Both the position numbers and the translations under genes were made by a program. Positions 1 to 8,727 of a DNA stretch of 64,000 nt are shown here, in pieces. This DNA is from Minisyncoccia bacterium (GTDB lineage: Bacteria; Patescibacteriota; Minisyncoccia; Phycocordibacterales; JAACPR01), in contig JBGSLH010000008.1 in NCBI GenBank assembly GCA_041740795.1, positions 15,860-79,859 on the forward strand, given 5' to 3'. The notes beneath the pieces are model-generated. The model did no database searches. It saw nothing but the letters and a program-made list of their open reading frames with translations, and was not told the DNA's origin. Each line of letters begins with the position of its first letter. Within the stretch, counting starts at the first letter, position 1.

Positions 1-72
1 TTTGGATTTGAAATATTACCATCACCAATTGCCATGCCCACAACATATGCAAATTCAGGCGAAGGCGTCATG

Positions 73-156
73 TGCCGCTGGTCGGAGTCGAACCGACACG
101 CCCTTACGAGCACAGCATTTTGAGTGCTGCAAGTCTACCAATTCCATCACAGCGGC
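73..156 (-). tRNA. tRNA-Leu(CAA)
   Basis: Reverse complement GCCGCTGTGATGGAATTGGTAGAC...CAGCA-CT-CAA-AA-TGCTG...GGTTCGACTCC-GACCAGCGGCA; cloverleaf with long variable arm. Confidence 0.95.
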
Positions 157-242
157 ATGTCCTGCTAGTCTAAACCAAAACGCGCTTTTATTCAATATTT
201 AAAAAGTGCCCTCTTGATAGAGGACACTGGGGTGTAGGGAAA

Positions 243-632
243 TCACTTCGGAGTTCTGTGCACTGATCGAACGAAGTCCGGGATCATTTTCCATGCATGC
301 CTTAAAGAGCGGACTGGCCATTGATAACCAGTGTCTTCTAAAGAATCAAATTGAACACAGGGCTCATTCAGGATACCTTCTGGTTCTTCTGTTGTAAAAT
401 AAGTAAGGAGCAAAATCCCAGGGTCTTTCTTTTCGATGTCTAGAAAATGCTTCGTGAGTAGATAGTCGGCGTCTCCGTCATTTTCGTATTCTCGACTATC
501 ATCCACTCCGATACATACGGGAAACAATGGCTTGTGTAAACGCCAGTGAATCCACTGCTTCCATTTGGGAAGTTTCGAGCGTCTTACGAACTCTTTAAAA
601 GCTTTGTCATAAGGGCATTCATTCGTTTTCAT
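243..632 (-). CDS. hypothetical protein
   Basis: ORF; start moved to ATG at 632 (MKTNEC) because the longer start lies inside the 661-713 palindrome. Confidence 0.55.
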   Translation of the reverse strand: MKTNECPYDKAFKEFVRRSKLPKWKQWIHWRLHKPLFPVCIGVDDSREYENDGDADYLLTKHFLDIEKKDPGILLLTYFTTEEPEGILNEPCVQFDSLEDTGYQWPVRSLRHAWKMIPDFVRSVHRTPK

Positions 633-660
633 ATCTGTCGGGATAATACAGTATCTGTAA

Positions 661-713
661 AAATAAGTCACGCCCAGAGCGTTGCGAAGCAACGCTCTGG
701 GCGTGACTTATTT
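661..713. repeat. perfect 25-bp inverted repeat with GAA loop
   Basis: AAATAAGTCACGCCCAGAGCGTTGC-GAA-GCAACGCTCTGGGCGTGACTTATTT between divergent genes. Confidence 0.9.
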
Positions 714-753
714 CCACAGGACAGCCGGTTCTTTTTTTGCTACAATGTCCCGT

Positions 754-1926
754 ATGGACGATGCAAAATCTCTAAACGAATCAGCCTTTTTTAGCAACGC
801 AATCTTCTTCATTGAGATTGAAAAAATAAAACCAAACCCGTTCCAGCCTCGACGGGAATTTGATCAAGCCAAGCTCCAGGATCTCGCGGATTCGATCAAG
901 ATGTACGGTATCTTGCAGCCGATAGTTGTCACTCGAAAGGAAGTGATCAAACCCGACGGTGGACTCACGACCGAATACGAACTCATCGCTGGTGAGCGAC
1001 GACTTCGAGCTTCCAAGCTTGCTGGACTTCGAGAAGTGCCGGCTATAATCCGTGCCAAAGAAGACGACGACCGAGCCAAGCTTGAGCTTGCGATTATAGA
1101 GAACCTTCAGCGTGAAGACATTTCACCTGTCGACAAAGCACGCGCATTCAAGCAACTTGCAGAAAAGTTCAACATGACTCATGGAGAAATTGCAAAGAAG
1201 ATCGGAAAAAGTCGTGAATACGTTTCTAACAGTATTCGCGTCCTCGGTTTGCCAGAAGAAATGCTTGATGCGATGTCTCAGGGCAAAATTACCGAAGGTC
1301 ACTCGCGTCCACTTCTTATGCTCTCTGATCGGCCTGAAGAACAGCATGTGTTGTTCAAGGACATTATGCTTCGAAAACTCACTGTGCGTGATGCCGAAAA
1401 AATATCTCGAAAAATTGCAGTTGATAAAGTTCGAAAAACTAACTTACTCCCTGATGCAGAACTCATGGAAATCGAACACGAGATTGGAACAGTACTTGGT
1501 ACGCGCGTGAATATTGCCAAGAAAGAAGAAGGAGGAAGAATCCAGATCGACTTTTTCAATCAGGAAGATTTACAGAACATTGTTGCACTTCTCTTGAAGA
1601 AAGGTCAGGTGCCTGCGATGTCACAATCTGCACAGGCAACTCCAATTGCAAGCACTATCCCTGTTGTTGCACCAGTAATGCTCGAGTCTGTTTCTACTCC
1701 AGAAGTTTCACCATCTCAAATTATTGAGTCTCCGGTTTTGATTGCTGATGATATTGTCACTCCCCAGGAACTCATCCAAGAATCACTTGCAGAACATACA
1801 GATGCACCCATTATTGAACAAGTCGGAGAGGAAAAGTTTGCAGATCAGCAAGTCTCAATCGACACGCCAAGTTATGGAGACGAGGAAGAAGAGGACTTGT
1901 ATTCGATGAAAGGGTTTAGTTTGTAA
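754..1926 (+). CDS. parB: ParB/Spo0J chromosome partitioning protein with acidic low-complexity C-terminal tail
   Basis: PNPFQPR, GILQPIVV, LIAGERRLRA, IENLQRED motifs, HTH; start 745 or 754 (TACAAT at 741-746). Confidence 0.95.
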   Translation: MDDAKSLNESAFFSNAIFFIEIEKIKPNPFQPRREFDQAKLQDLADSIKMYGILQPIVVTRKEVIKPDGGLTTEYELIAGERRLRASKLAGLREVPAIIRAKEDDDRAKLELAIIENLQREDISPVDKARAFKQLAEKFNMTHGEIAKKIGKSREYVSNSIRVLGLPEEMLDAMSQGKITEGHSRPLLMLSDRPEEQHVLFKDIMLRKLTVRDAEKISRKIAVDKVRKTNLLPDAELMEIEHEIGTVLGTRVNIAKKEEGGRIQIDFFNQEDLQNIVALLLKKGQVPAMSQSAQATPIASTIPVVAPVMLESVSTPEVSPSQIIESPVLIADDIVTPQELIQESLAEHTDAPIIEQVGEEKFADQQVSIDTPSYGDEEEEDLYSMKGFSL

Positions 1927-1971
1927 TGTCATCCCAAATTTATTCCGGGATCTCGTAATTTTATATAAAAG

Positions 1972-2006
1972 AAAAGGCCTGCTGCGTTTGAGCGCAGTAG
2001 GCCTTT
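1972..2006. terminator. probable bidirectional intrinsic terminator
   Basis: AAAAGGCCTGCTGCG...CGCAGTAGGCCTTT hairpin between convergent parB and XRE gene. Confidence 0.7.
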
Positions 2007-2018
2007 GGGTAAGTTTCA

Positions 2019-2384
2019 CTACTTCTGTTTTCTGCATTTCAGAAGTTCGCGAATGACTCGAATACTCATGGGTTTTTGAAGCCCTCGTGCTACCGTAATC
2101 AAGAATTCAAGATCCTCGACGGTAGCGCAGACATCTGAATCGTCGGAACCAACATGCGGAAACTCATCGGCAGAAAAACCACAAAGTTCGGCGAGTTCTT
2201 GGACGTCGATTTCGTACGCGCGCGCAATAGTTGACATTTTTGTGCTAGGGATAGCTGTTATACCACGCTCCCATCTTTCTACTGTCGTGCGATCACATCT
2301 GATTTTTCTGCCCATGTCTGCAGGTGTGAGCCCGAGGGCTTCTCGCTTGGTCTTAAGAAGGCTACCAATTTCCTTTTTGTCCAT
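2019..2384 (-). CDS. XRE-family HTH transcriptional regulator
   Basis: LKTKREALGLT...DRTTVERWERG...IARAYEI Cro/CI-type HTH. Confidence 0.85.
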   Translation of the reverse strand: MDKKEIGSLLKTKREALGLTPADMGRKIRCDRTTVERWERGITAIPSTKMSTIARAYEIDVQELAELCGFSADEFPHVGSDDSDVCATVEDLEFLITVARGLQKPMSIRVIRELLKCRKQK

Positions 2385-2561
2385 TTTTGGTTGAAGAGTT
2401 TGATTTTAAAAGGGGAGAACTGGGTGCTCTCCTGACTGACTTTAAGAGTATAATACAACTTAATATATAAATGTCAATATCTGCGTAATATGCAATTTTG
2501 TATACAAGTAGTGTAAAACGGACTGGATTCCCTTCTTCACGGGAATGATGCACTAATAGCT

Positions 2562-4745
2562 TTATTTCTTCTTAAATCCACCTCTCCTTCCAACTTTCTT
2601 TGGTTCCTTGAATATGTCTAGTGCTTGCTGAAGTGTCACTTCATATACGCTGATGTCTTTGAGAGATCTGAAGTCTGATTCGTGCACAACATATGGACCG
2701 AAGCGTCCATTGTTGGCAGAGATTGGTTCGTTGGTGTCAGGATGGTTTCCGAGTACTCGTGGGAGGCTGAGGAATTTGAGTGCGTCAGCAAGAGTTAGTT
2801 TTTCGAGAGGGAAGTCTCGTGGGACAGATGCGCGTTTTGGTTTTTTATTCTCTTTTGTTTTTTCTCCAATCTGGATATACGGACCGAATCTTCCAGTAAG
2901 CATATAGATAGGTGAGCCTGTCTCAGGATCTGTTCCGATCGGCTCATCCTTTTTGATCTCGACTCCATCGATAGTGAGTGCGCCGTCACATTCAGGATAT
3001 TTCTCGCATGAAAGAAACTTACCTCCACGTCCGAGCTTGATGTCCATTCCGGCTCCGCACTTGGGACACTTGAAATCACTTTTGCCAAGAGTTGTTGCTT
3101 TGTCTAATTTTTCCTTCGAATCGACTTCTTTTTTGAATACGGTATAGAAGTCCTTGAAGAATTTTTTGTATTCAGTCTTACCTTCAGCGATATCATCAAG
3201 CTTGTTCTCCATGTCGGCAGTGAAGGTATCTCCTATATATGTCTCGAAGTTGTCTTCGAGGAATGATGAAACTACATCACCTGTGTCTGTGGGTACGAGC
3301 GCTTTGTTTTCTTTAGTCACGTATTCTCGATCAAGAAGTGTTTTGATGATGGATGCGTACGTAGAAGGACGTCCAATACCACGCTTTTCAAGTTCTTTCA
3401 CAAGGCCTGCTTCGGAATATCGTCCTGGCGGTTGCGTCTGTTTTTCTGTATCAATTATTTCATCGAGTTTTACTGGTTGTTTGAGCTCCACTTCTGGAAG
3501 TGTAACTTCTTCAGACTTTGCTTTGGGATCGATCAGAAGCCATCCTTCCTTGAGAATGATCTGTCCATTGGAAACGAAGTTAGGTACTGAGTTTGTAACT
3601 GTATTGAAAGAAATTTTTGTTCGCATGATTTGCGCATCTACCATGTTGGAAGCAATCGTTCGTCGCCAGATCAGATCGTAGAGACGTTTTTGTTCATCAG
3701 TCACACCTTTTGATTGTGCGGACATGTTAGTTGGTCTGATCGCTTCATGCGCTTCCTGTGCGTTCTTTGATTTTTTTCCAAAAGTTCGTGTCTGTATATA
3801 TGAAGCTCCGAATTCCTTGGTGATGTATTTGTGGATTTCTCCTGTCGCCTGAGCAGAAAGGTTCGTGCTGTCCGTTCGCATGTATGAAATGTGTCCCGCT
3901 TCGTAGAGCTTCTGTGCAAGGATCATTGTTCGCGAAGGTGAATATCCAAGACGTGTACTTGCTGCCTGTTGCAGGGTAGAAGTTGTGAAAGGAGCCTTTG
4001 GAGATCGTTTTGCTTCAGTCTTTTTGATGTCGACGATATGCCATGTATCTTTTTGGGCTCTGTCCAAAATATCGTCGACAGTTTTTTTGTCTTTCAAATC
4101 CGCCTCGCAGCTTGCAGGAATCTTGTTCTTTTTTCCGTCGTCAAAAATCGCGTCGATGATCCAGAATGTTTCAGGTACGAAGGCACGGATCTGCCGCTCT
4201 CGTTCCATGATGATTCGGAGGGCAGGAGACTGTACTCGTCCAGCAGAAAGACCATAGCGAACTTTTTTCCAGATGATTCCAGAGAGATCGTATCCAACCA
4301 GACGGTCGAGAACTCGACGCGCTTCCTGTGCCTGTTTGAGATCATCGTCGATATGTCGCGGATGACTAACTGCTTCTTTGATCGCTTCTTTTGTAATTTC
4401 ATGGAAGACAACCCGTTTTGGATTTTTTAATTTCAAAACTTCCTTGAGGTGCCACGCAATGGCTTCTCCTTCTCGGTCGGGGTCAGTTGCAAGCAGAACT
4501 TCTTCCGCATTCTTTACGAGAGATTTTATTCCTGCGATTACCTTTTCTTTGCCTGGTGAAATTTCGTAATGAGGAACGAAACCCTTCTCGATATCGATGG
4601 CTTTCTTGTTGGATTTTGGCAGATCCCGAACGTGTCCGACTGACGCGACAACCTTGTAGTTCCCGATGTCTGAGAGATATTTCTCAATGGTTTTGGCCTT
4701 TGACGGAGACTCTACGATGAGAAGTTTGTATGACATTGAATACAA
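2562..4745 (-). CDS. topA: DNA topoisomerase I
   Basis: LIVESPSKAKTI, ATDPDREGEAI, SAGRVQS, SYMRTD (catalytic Tyr), EAHEAIRPT, GIGRPSTY, zinc ribbon and Toprim-C repeats; start 4745 or 4736. Confidence 0.97.
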   Translation of the reverse strand: MYSMSYKLLIVESPSKAKTIEKYLSDIGNYKVVASVGHVRDLPKSNKKAIDIEKGFVPHYEISPGKEKVIAGIKSLVKNAEEVLLATDPDREGEAIAWHLKEVLKLKNPKRVVFHEITKEAIKEAVSHPRHIDDDLKQAQEARRVLDRLVGYDLSGIIWKKVRYGLSAGRVQSPALRIIMERERQIRAFVPETFWIIDAIFDDGKKNKIPASCEADLKDKKTVDDILDRAQKDTWHIVDIKKTEAKRSPKAPFTTSTLQQAASTRLGYSPSRTMILAQKLYEAGHISYMRTDSTNLSAQATGEIHKYITKEFGASYIQTRTFGKKSKNAQEAHEAIRPTNMSAQSKGVTDEQKRLYDLIWRRTIASNMVDAQIMRTKISFNTVTNSVPNFVSNGQIILKEGWLLIDPKAKSEEVTLPEVELKQPVKLDEIIDTEKQTQPPGRYSEAGLVKELEKRGIGRPSTYASIIKTLLDREYVTKENKALVPTDTGDVVSSFLEDNFETYIGDTFTADMENKLDDIAEGKTEYKKFFKDFYTVFKKEVDSKEKLDKATTLGKSDFKCPKCGAGMDIKLGRGGKFLSCEKYPECDGALTIDGVEIKKDEPIGTDPETGSPIYMLTGRFGPYIQIGEKTKENKKPKRASVPRDFPLEKLTLADALKFLSLPRVLGNHPDTNEPISANNGRFGPYVVHESDFRSLKDISVYEVTLQQALDIFKEPKKVGRRGGFKKK

Positions 4746-4829
4746 TTAATACTATAGATGTATTCTTTTGGCAAATAAGTTTATATTTTCTTCATATTTA
4801 ATTTACCCTCCTCGCGTACAGTTTGAGGT

Positions 4830-5201
4830 ATGGATGAATTTGATTCATGGAATGCAATTAAAAAAGATTTGGAACATAAATCCAGAGAGTTTTTACCGAG
4901 AGCCGGAGAGGTCTGGGTATCCAATCTTGGAAAGAATATCGGTTTTGAATCTAATGGTAAAAATACTGATTTCATAAGGTCAGTTCTTGTATTGAAAAGT
5001 TATGGAAAATCAGGAGCTATTATCGTTCCACTTACAAGTAAGAAACAAAATAACATGTTTCATCTTCAAGTTAATGAAAGAAGTTACGCTAAACTGACCC
5101 AAGTCAAATTTATCGATCTAAAGAGATTCAAGAGAAAATTATTTAAAATAGACAGAATACTTTTGTTGGAGATAAGAAAAAAGTTGTTTGAAGTTATATA
5201 A
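4830..5201 (+). CDS. PemK/MazF-family endoribonuclease toxin (no protein antitoxin visible)
   Basis: GEVWVSNLGKNIGFE, RSVLVL, IVPLTSK, LTQVKFIDLKR match the PemK fold; AT-rich. Confidence 0.8.
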   Translation: MDEFDSWNAIKKDLEHKSREFLPRAGEVWVSNLGKNIGFESNGKNTDFIRSVLVLKSYGKSGAIIVPLTSKKQNNMFHLQVNERSYAKLTQVKFIDLKRFKRKLFKIDRILLLEIRKKLFEVI

Positions 5202-5204
5202 AAC

Positions 5205-5229
5205 GAAACCCGCCACAAGGGCGGGTTTC
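5205..5229. terminator. intrinsic terminator hairpin (U-tract on minus strand)
   Basis: GAAACCCGCC-ACAAG-GGCGGGTTTC. Confidence 0.75.
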
Positions 5230-5257
5230 TCGGCGGGCCGAAGCCAATCATAGTTAA

Positions 5258-5286
5258 AGTGTAGTGGGTGTTTGAAATAAAGTCAA
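5258..5286 (-). promoter_or_regulatory. sigma70-type promoter pointing at the mazF 3' end
   Basis: Minus strand TTGACT-17 nt-TACACT. Confidence 0.65.
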
Positions 5287-5306
5287 TCATAATCTTTATC
5301 AATTCT

Positions 5307-6173
5307 TTATCCCAAAACAACATACTTTCCATCCACTCTCTTTATCATCAACTCGATCTCGAGATTGAGAAGTGCCTGCACAACTTCCTGTGTAGTGAGA
5401 TTGCTTGAGCAGGCGGTGACGAGTGTCTGTGTAGAAGTGTTGCCGAGCGCGATTGCATCGAGGACGGTTTGTTCGGTGTCGGTCGGGGAATATTTTGGTC
5501 CGTGGTGTTCAGGGAATTCGAGTCCGAGGAGATGGAACAAGTCTTCTGGTTTGGTATAGACATATGCACCTTGTCTAATGAGTTCATTGGAACCTTTTGC
5601 GTGCAATGAGTAGATCGAGCTTGGGACGACAAGCAGGTCACGGTTGTAGTCGGTTGCAAGACGTGCGGTTATGAGTGTGCCGGATTTTTCTCTCGCTTCG
5701 ACTACGATTACAAGATTAGAAATGCCGACCATGATGCGGTTACGTGCAGGGAACATCCAGATCTGCGAACGCAGGTGCTGATCGTATTCGCTGATGAGCG
5801 CTCCGCCTGACTTGAGAATCTTTTGCGCAAGACGAAAATTGGTTTTGGGATAAATGATCTCGTCGGCAAGACCAGAGCCAATGACTGCTATTGTGTGTAG
5901 ACCGTACTTGAGAGCGCATTCGTGTGCGTGTGCATCGACTCCGAAGGCGAGGCCTGAAATTATCGAAACAGGCTGTCCTGCAAGCGCAGCACACATCTCG
6001 TCTACGACCTGTTTGGCATATTGTGAACAGTGGCGAGAACCTACGATGGTGATGCGCTTGAGATGCGGGGCGCCTGCGGCGCCCCGCATATATAGAACAC
6101 CCGGCGGAAATGGAGTCTCCCTCAGCATGTCCAGCATATGTCCGTCCCTGAGAATGTATATATCTTCCTGCAT
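5307..6173 (-). CDS. dprA: DNA-processing protein DprA
   Basis: IVGSR, ISGLAFGVD, FPARNRIM, SGTLITA, GSNELIRQGA. Confidence 0.95.
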   Translation of the reverse strand: MQEDIYILRDGHMLDMLRETPFPPGVLYMRGAAGAPHLKRITIVGSRHCSQYAKQVVDEMCAALAGQPVSIISGLAFGVDAHAHECALKYGLHTIAVIGSGLADEIIYPKTNFRLAQKILKSGGALISEYDQHLRSQIWMFPARNRIMVGISNLVIVVEAREKSGTLITARLATDYNRDLLVVPSSIYSLHAKGSNELIRQGAYVYTKPEDLFHLLGLEFPEHHGPKYSPTDTEQTVLDAIALGNTSTQTLVTACSSNLTTQEVVQALLNLEIELMIKRVDGKYVVLG

Positions 6174-6223
6174 TTACTGACTATACAAAAATTGATATGA
6201 TGCTTTTATAAAGAAATCATCAT

Positions 6224-7492
6224 ATGTTAGACATCAAATTTATCCGCGAGAACAAGGACATCATCAAGATGGGTGCCAAAAAGAAACATCTCAATTTCGA
6301 CGTGGACCAACTTCTTGAAATAGATGACAAGCGACGGGCACTTCTTCTTGTAGTTGAAGAAAAACGTGCAAAGCAAAATGAGGTAGGACAAAAGATCGCA
6401 GTCGCATCCCAGGAGGAGAAGCAGCAACTCCTTTCTGAGATGACACTTCTCAAATCAGATCTACAAAAAGAAGAGGAGCAATTGCGTGATGTTATGAGTG
6501 ATTGGCGCACCCTGATGCTCGAAGTTCCAAACATTCCAGACATGTCAGTTCCCGAAGGTAAGGACGATAGTGAGAATGTCGAAGTGCGGACATGGGGAGA
6601 AATTCCAACTTTTGATTTTGAACCGAAAGGTCATATTGAACTCATGAACAATCTTGACCTTGCTGATTTTGAGCGAGGAACAAAGATTGCAGGATTCCGC
6701 GGATACATTCTCAAGAATGAAGGAATGCTTCTCCAACAGGCAGTACTCCAATTCACTCTCTTTCATCTTGTAAAAAAAGGATTCACTCCGATGTCTGTTC
6801 CATCACTTGTGCGTAAAGAGACGCTCATGGGAACAGGATATCTTCCTCAAGGTGAAGACGATCTGTACAAGACACAAGATGACGAATATCTCGCAGGAAC
6901 CGGAGAGGTTTCTACAATGTCATATTTTAGTGATGAAATTCTAAACAAGGCGGATTTACCTATCAAGTTCATTTCTTTTTCTCCGTGCTTTAGGCGAGAA
7001 GCAGGAAGTCATGGCAAGCAGACCAAAGGACTCTATCGTGTGCACGAATTTTTCAAACTGGAACAGGTTGTGCTTTGTGAAGCAGATCATACACAATCGG
7101 TGCAACTGCACGAAGAACTTACAGTCAATGCAGAAGAAATCCTACAGACACTTAATCTTCCATATCGCGTCGTTGTAAACTGCGGAGGCGATCTTGGACT
7201 CGGACAAGTGAAAAAATATGATATCGAAGCATGGATCCCATCCGAAAAGCGATACGGTGAAACCCACTCATCATCATACTTCCATGACTTCCAGACAAGA
7301 CGACTCAATATCCGCTATAATGATACTGATGGAAAAAAGAAACTTGCACACTCGCTTAACAACACTGCTGTCGCCGTACCTCGAATACTGATTCAGATAC
7401 TAGAGAACAATCAGCAAGCAGATGGAAGCATCCTTATTCCTGAAGCCCTTCGTCCATTCATGGGTGGAATAGAAAAAATCGCAAAGAAATAA
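6224..7492 (+). CDS. serS: serine--tRNA ligase
   Basis: MLDIKFIREN N-terminus, CFRREAGS, GLYRVHEF, HSLNNT. Confidence 0.97.
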   Translation: MLDIKFIRENKDIIKMGAKKKHLNFDVDQLLEIDDKRRALLLVVEEKRAKQNEVGQKIAVASQEEKQQLLSEMTLLKSDLQKEEEQLRDVMSDWRTLMLEVPNIPDMSVPEGKDDSENVEVRTWGEIPTFDFEPKGHIELMNNLDLADFERGTKIAGFRGYILKNEGMLLQQAVLQFTLFHLVKKGFTPMSVPSLVRKETLMGTGYLPQGEDDLYKTQDDEYLAGTGEVSTMSYFSDEILNKADLPIKFISFSPCFRREAGSHGKQTKGLYRVHEFFKLEQVVLCEADHTQSVQLHEELTVNAEEILQTLNLPYRVVVNCGGDLGLGQVKKYDIEAWIPSEKRYGETHSSSYFHDFQTRRLNIRYNDTDGKKKLAHSLNNTAVAVPRILIQILENNQQADGSILIPEALRPFMGGIEKIAKK

Positions 7493-7493
7493 C

Positions 7494-8306
7494 ATGTCGA
7501 GTCAAAAATATATTTCCGACACACTGAAACAAAAAAAGAAAAACGTTCGTAAAGTAAAAACATATCTCTGGCTTGTTGCTGCTCTGCTTGTACTTATAGG
7601 ATTGATCTATGTTCTGAGGATGCCGTACATTCAGATAACTGAGGTTGAAGTTACGGGAAATGCTTTTGTTAGTACGCAGGAAATAAAAAATGAGACAGAA
7701 ACGATACTTAATTCGTCGATACTTGGTTTTATTCCGAGGCGTAATATCTTTATATTTTCGCAGCGTGAACTCGAGATGCACATCAAGAAAAATCCTGCGG
7801 TCGTATCCGTAAATATCAAAAAGGATTTTTTCAATAAGCTCACAGTCACGATCGTTGAACAGGAAAAAGAAATAATTTACTGCACGTCTACCGACCACAC
7901 TGAGTGTCTATATATAAACAAGACAGGATTCATCTACGCGAAACTCTCGGACTTCGTGATTCCTGAGCAGGAAGTGATTATCTACAGCGAACTGGGGCAG
8001 AAGCACATTGAGGATCGGATCCTTGATGAAAAACTTTACATAAACGTCGTTAGTTTTATCAAGAGTACGACGAGATATGACATCAAAATTGGAAAAGTGT
8101 ACATCAAGTCTGACCAGACTCTCGAGTTCGTGACGCGCGACGGTGTGCGTATCATCACGTCCATATACGATGACTTCGAAAAGGATTTTTCCAACCTCAT
8201 CGCACTTTTTGAAAAGCAAATCCTTACAAAGGAACAACTTCCGCAAATAGAATACATCGACGTGCGATTTGGGAATAAAGTCTTCTATAAAAACAAGACG
8301 AACTGA
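7494..8306 (+). CDS. FtsQ/DivIB-like cell division protein (TM + POTRA)
   Basis: Single TM, ITEVEVTGN POTRA start, C-terminal EYIDVRFGNKVFYK. Confidence 0.75.
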   Translation: MSSQKYISDTLKQKKKNVRKVKTYLWLVAALLVLIGLIYVLRMPYIQITEVEVTGNAFVSTQEIKNETETILNSSILGFIPRRNIFIFSQRELEMHIKKNPAVVSVNIKKDFFNKLTVTIVEQEKEIIYCTSTDHTECLYINKTGFIYAKLSDFVIPEQEVIIYSELGQKHIEDRILDEKLYINVVSFIKSTTRYDIKIGKVYIKSDQTLEFVTRDGVRIITSIYDDFEKDFSNLIALFEKQILTKEQLPQIEYIDVRFGNKVFYKNKTN

Positions 8307-8320
8307 TATACTAATACTAT

Positions 8321-8722
8321 ATGAAGTTTTTTATGATAGCACCATACTATTTATATTGGCACTATACTCGGGGTCTTACCGAGTTATCCAAGAATCTTCT
8401 CAACTTCATCGTTTTTGAACTCCATTTTTTTTCAATTAAGGAACTTCTTCTAACACTTTTTTCTCCATTCCAACGTCTCAAGGAAAATTATGGTAACAGT
8501 ATCGTCGATTTTGAAAACATCGCATCCGCACTTGTAGTGAACGTTATAATGCGTGTCGTTGGATTTGTCGTACGGAGTCTGATTTTGCTCGTTGGTTTTT
8601 TTGCTATCATGGGTACAATATTTTTTGCTCCAATTCTTCTCATTCTATGGATCCTACTACCGTTTGTTCTTTTGATATTTCTCGTAGGTGCTGTGTGGGC
8701 ATATCTAACATACCAAATATAA
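8321..8722 (+). CDS. hypothetical membrane protein
   Basis: Hydrophobic ORF directly upstream of the Clp-like ATPase; TATACT 8 nt before ATG. Confidence 0.75.
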   Translation: MKFFMIAPYYLYWHYTRGLTELSKNLLNFIVFELHFFSIKELLLTLFSPFQRLKENYGNSIVDFENIASALVVNVIMRVVGFVVRSLILLVGFFAIMGTIFFAPILLILWILLPFVLLIFLVGAVWAYLTYQI

Positions 8723-8727
8723 TTCCT

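Noticed and set aside
661-713. Canonical parS site, and ORF starts at 682 and 692
   Set aside because: No match to TGTTTCACGTGAAACA; the shared NALGVTYF peptide in both ORFs is an artefact of the palindrome
5190-5300. Type III toxin-antitoxin tandem repeat array near mazF
   Set aside because: No tandem direct repeats; only a single short transcript is predicted
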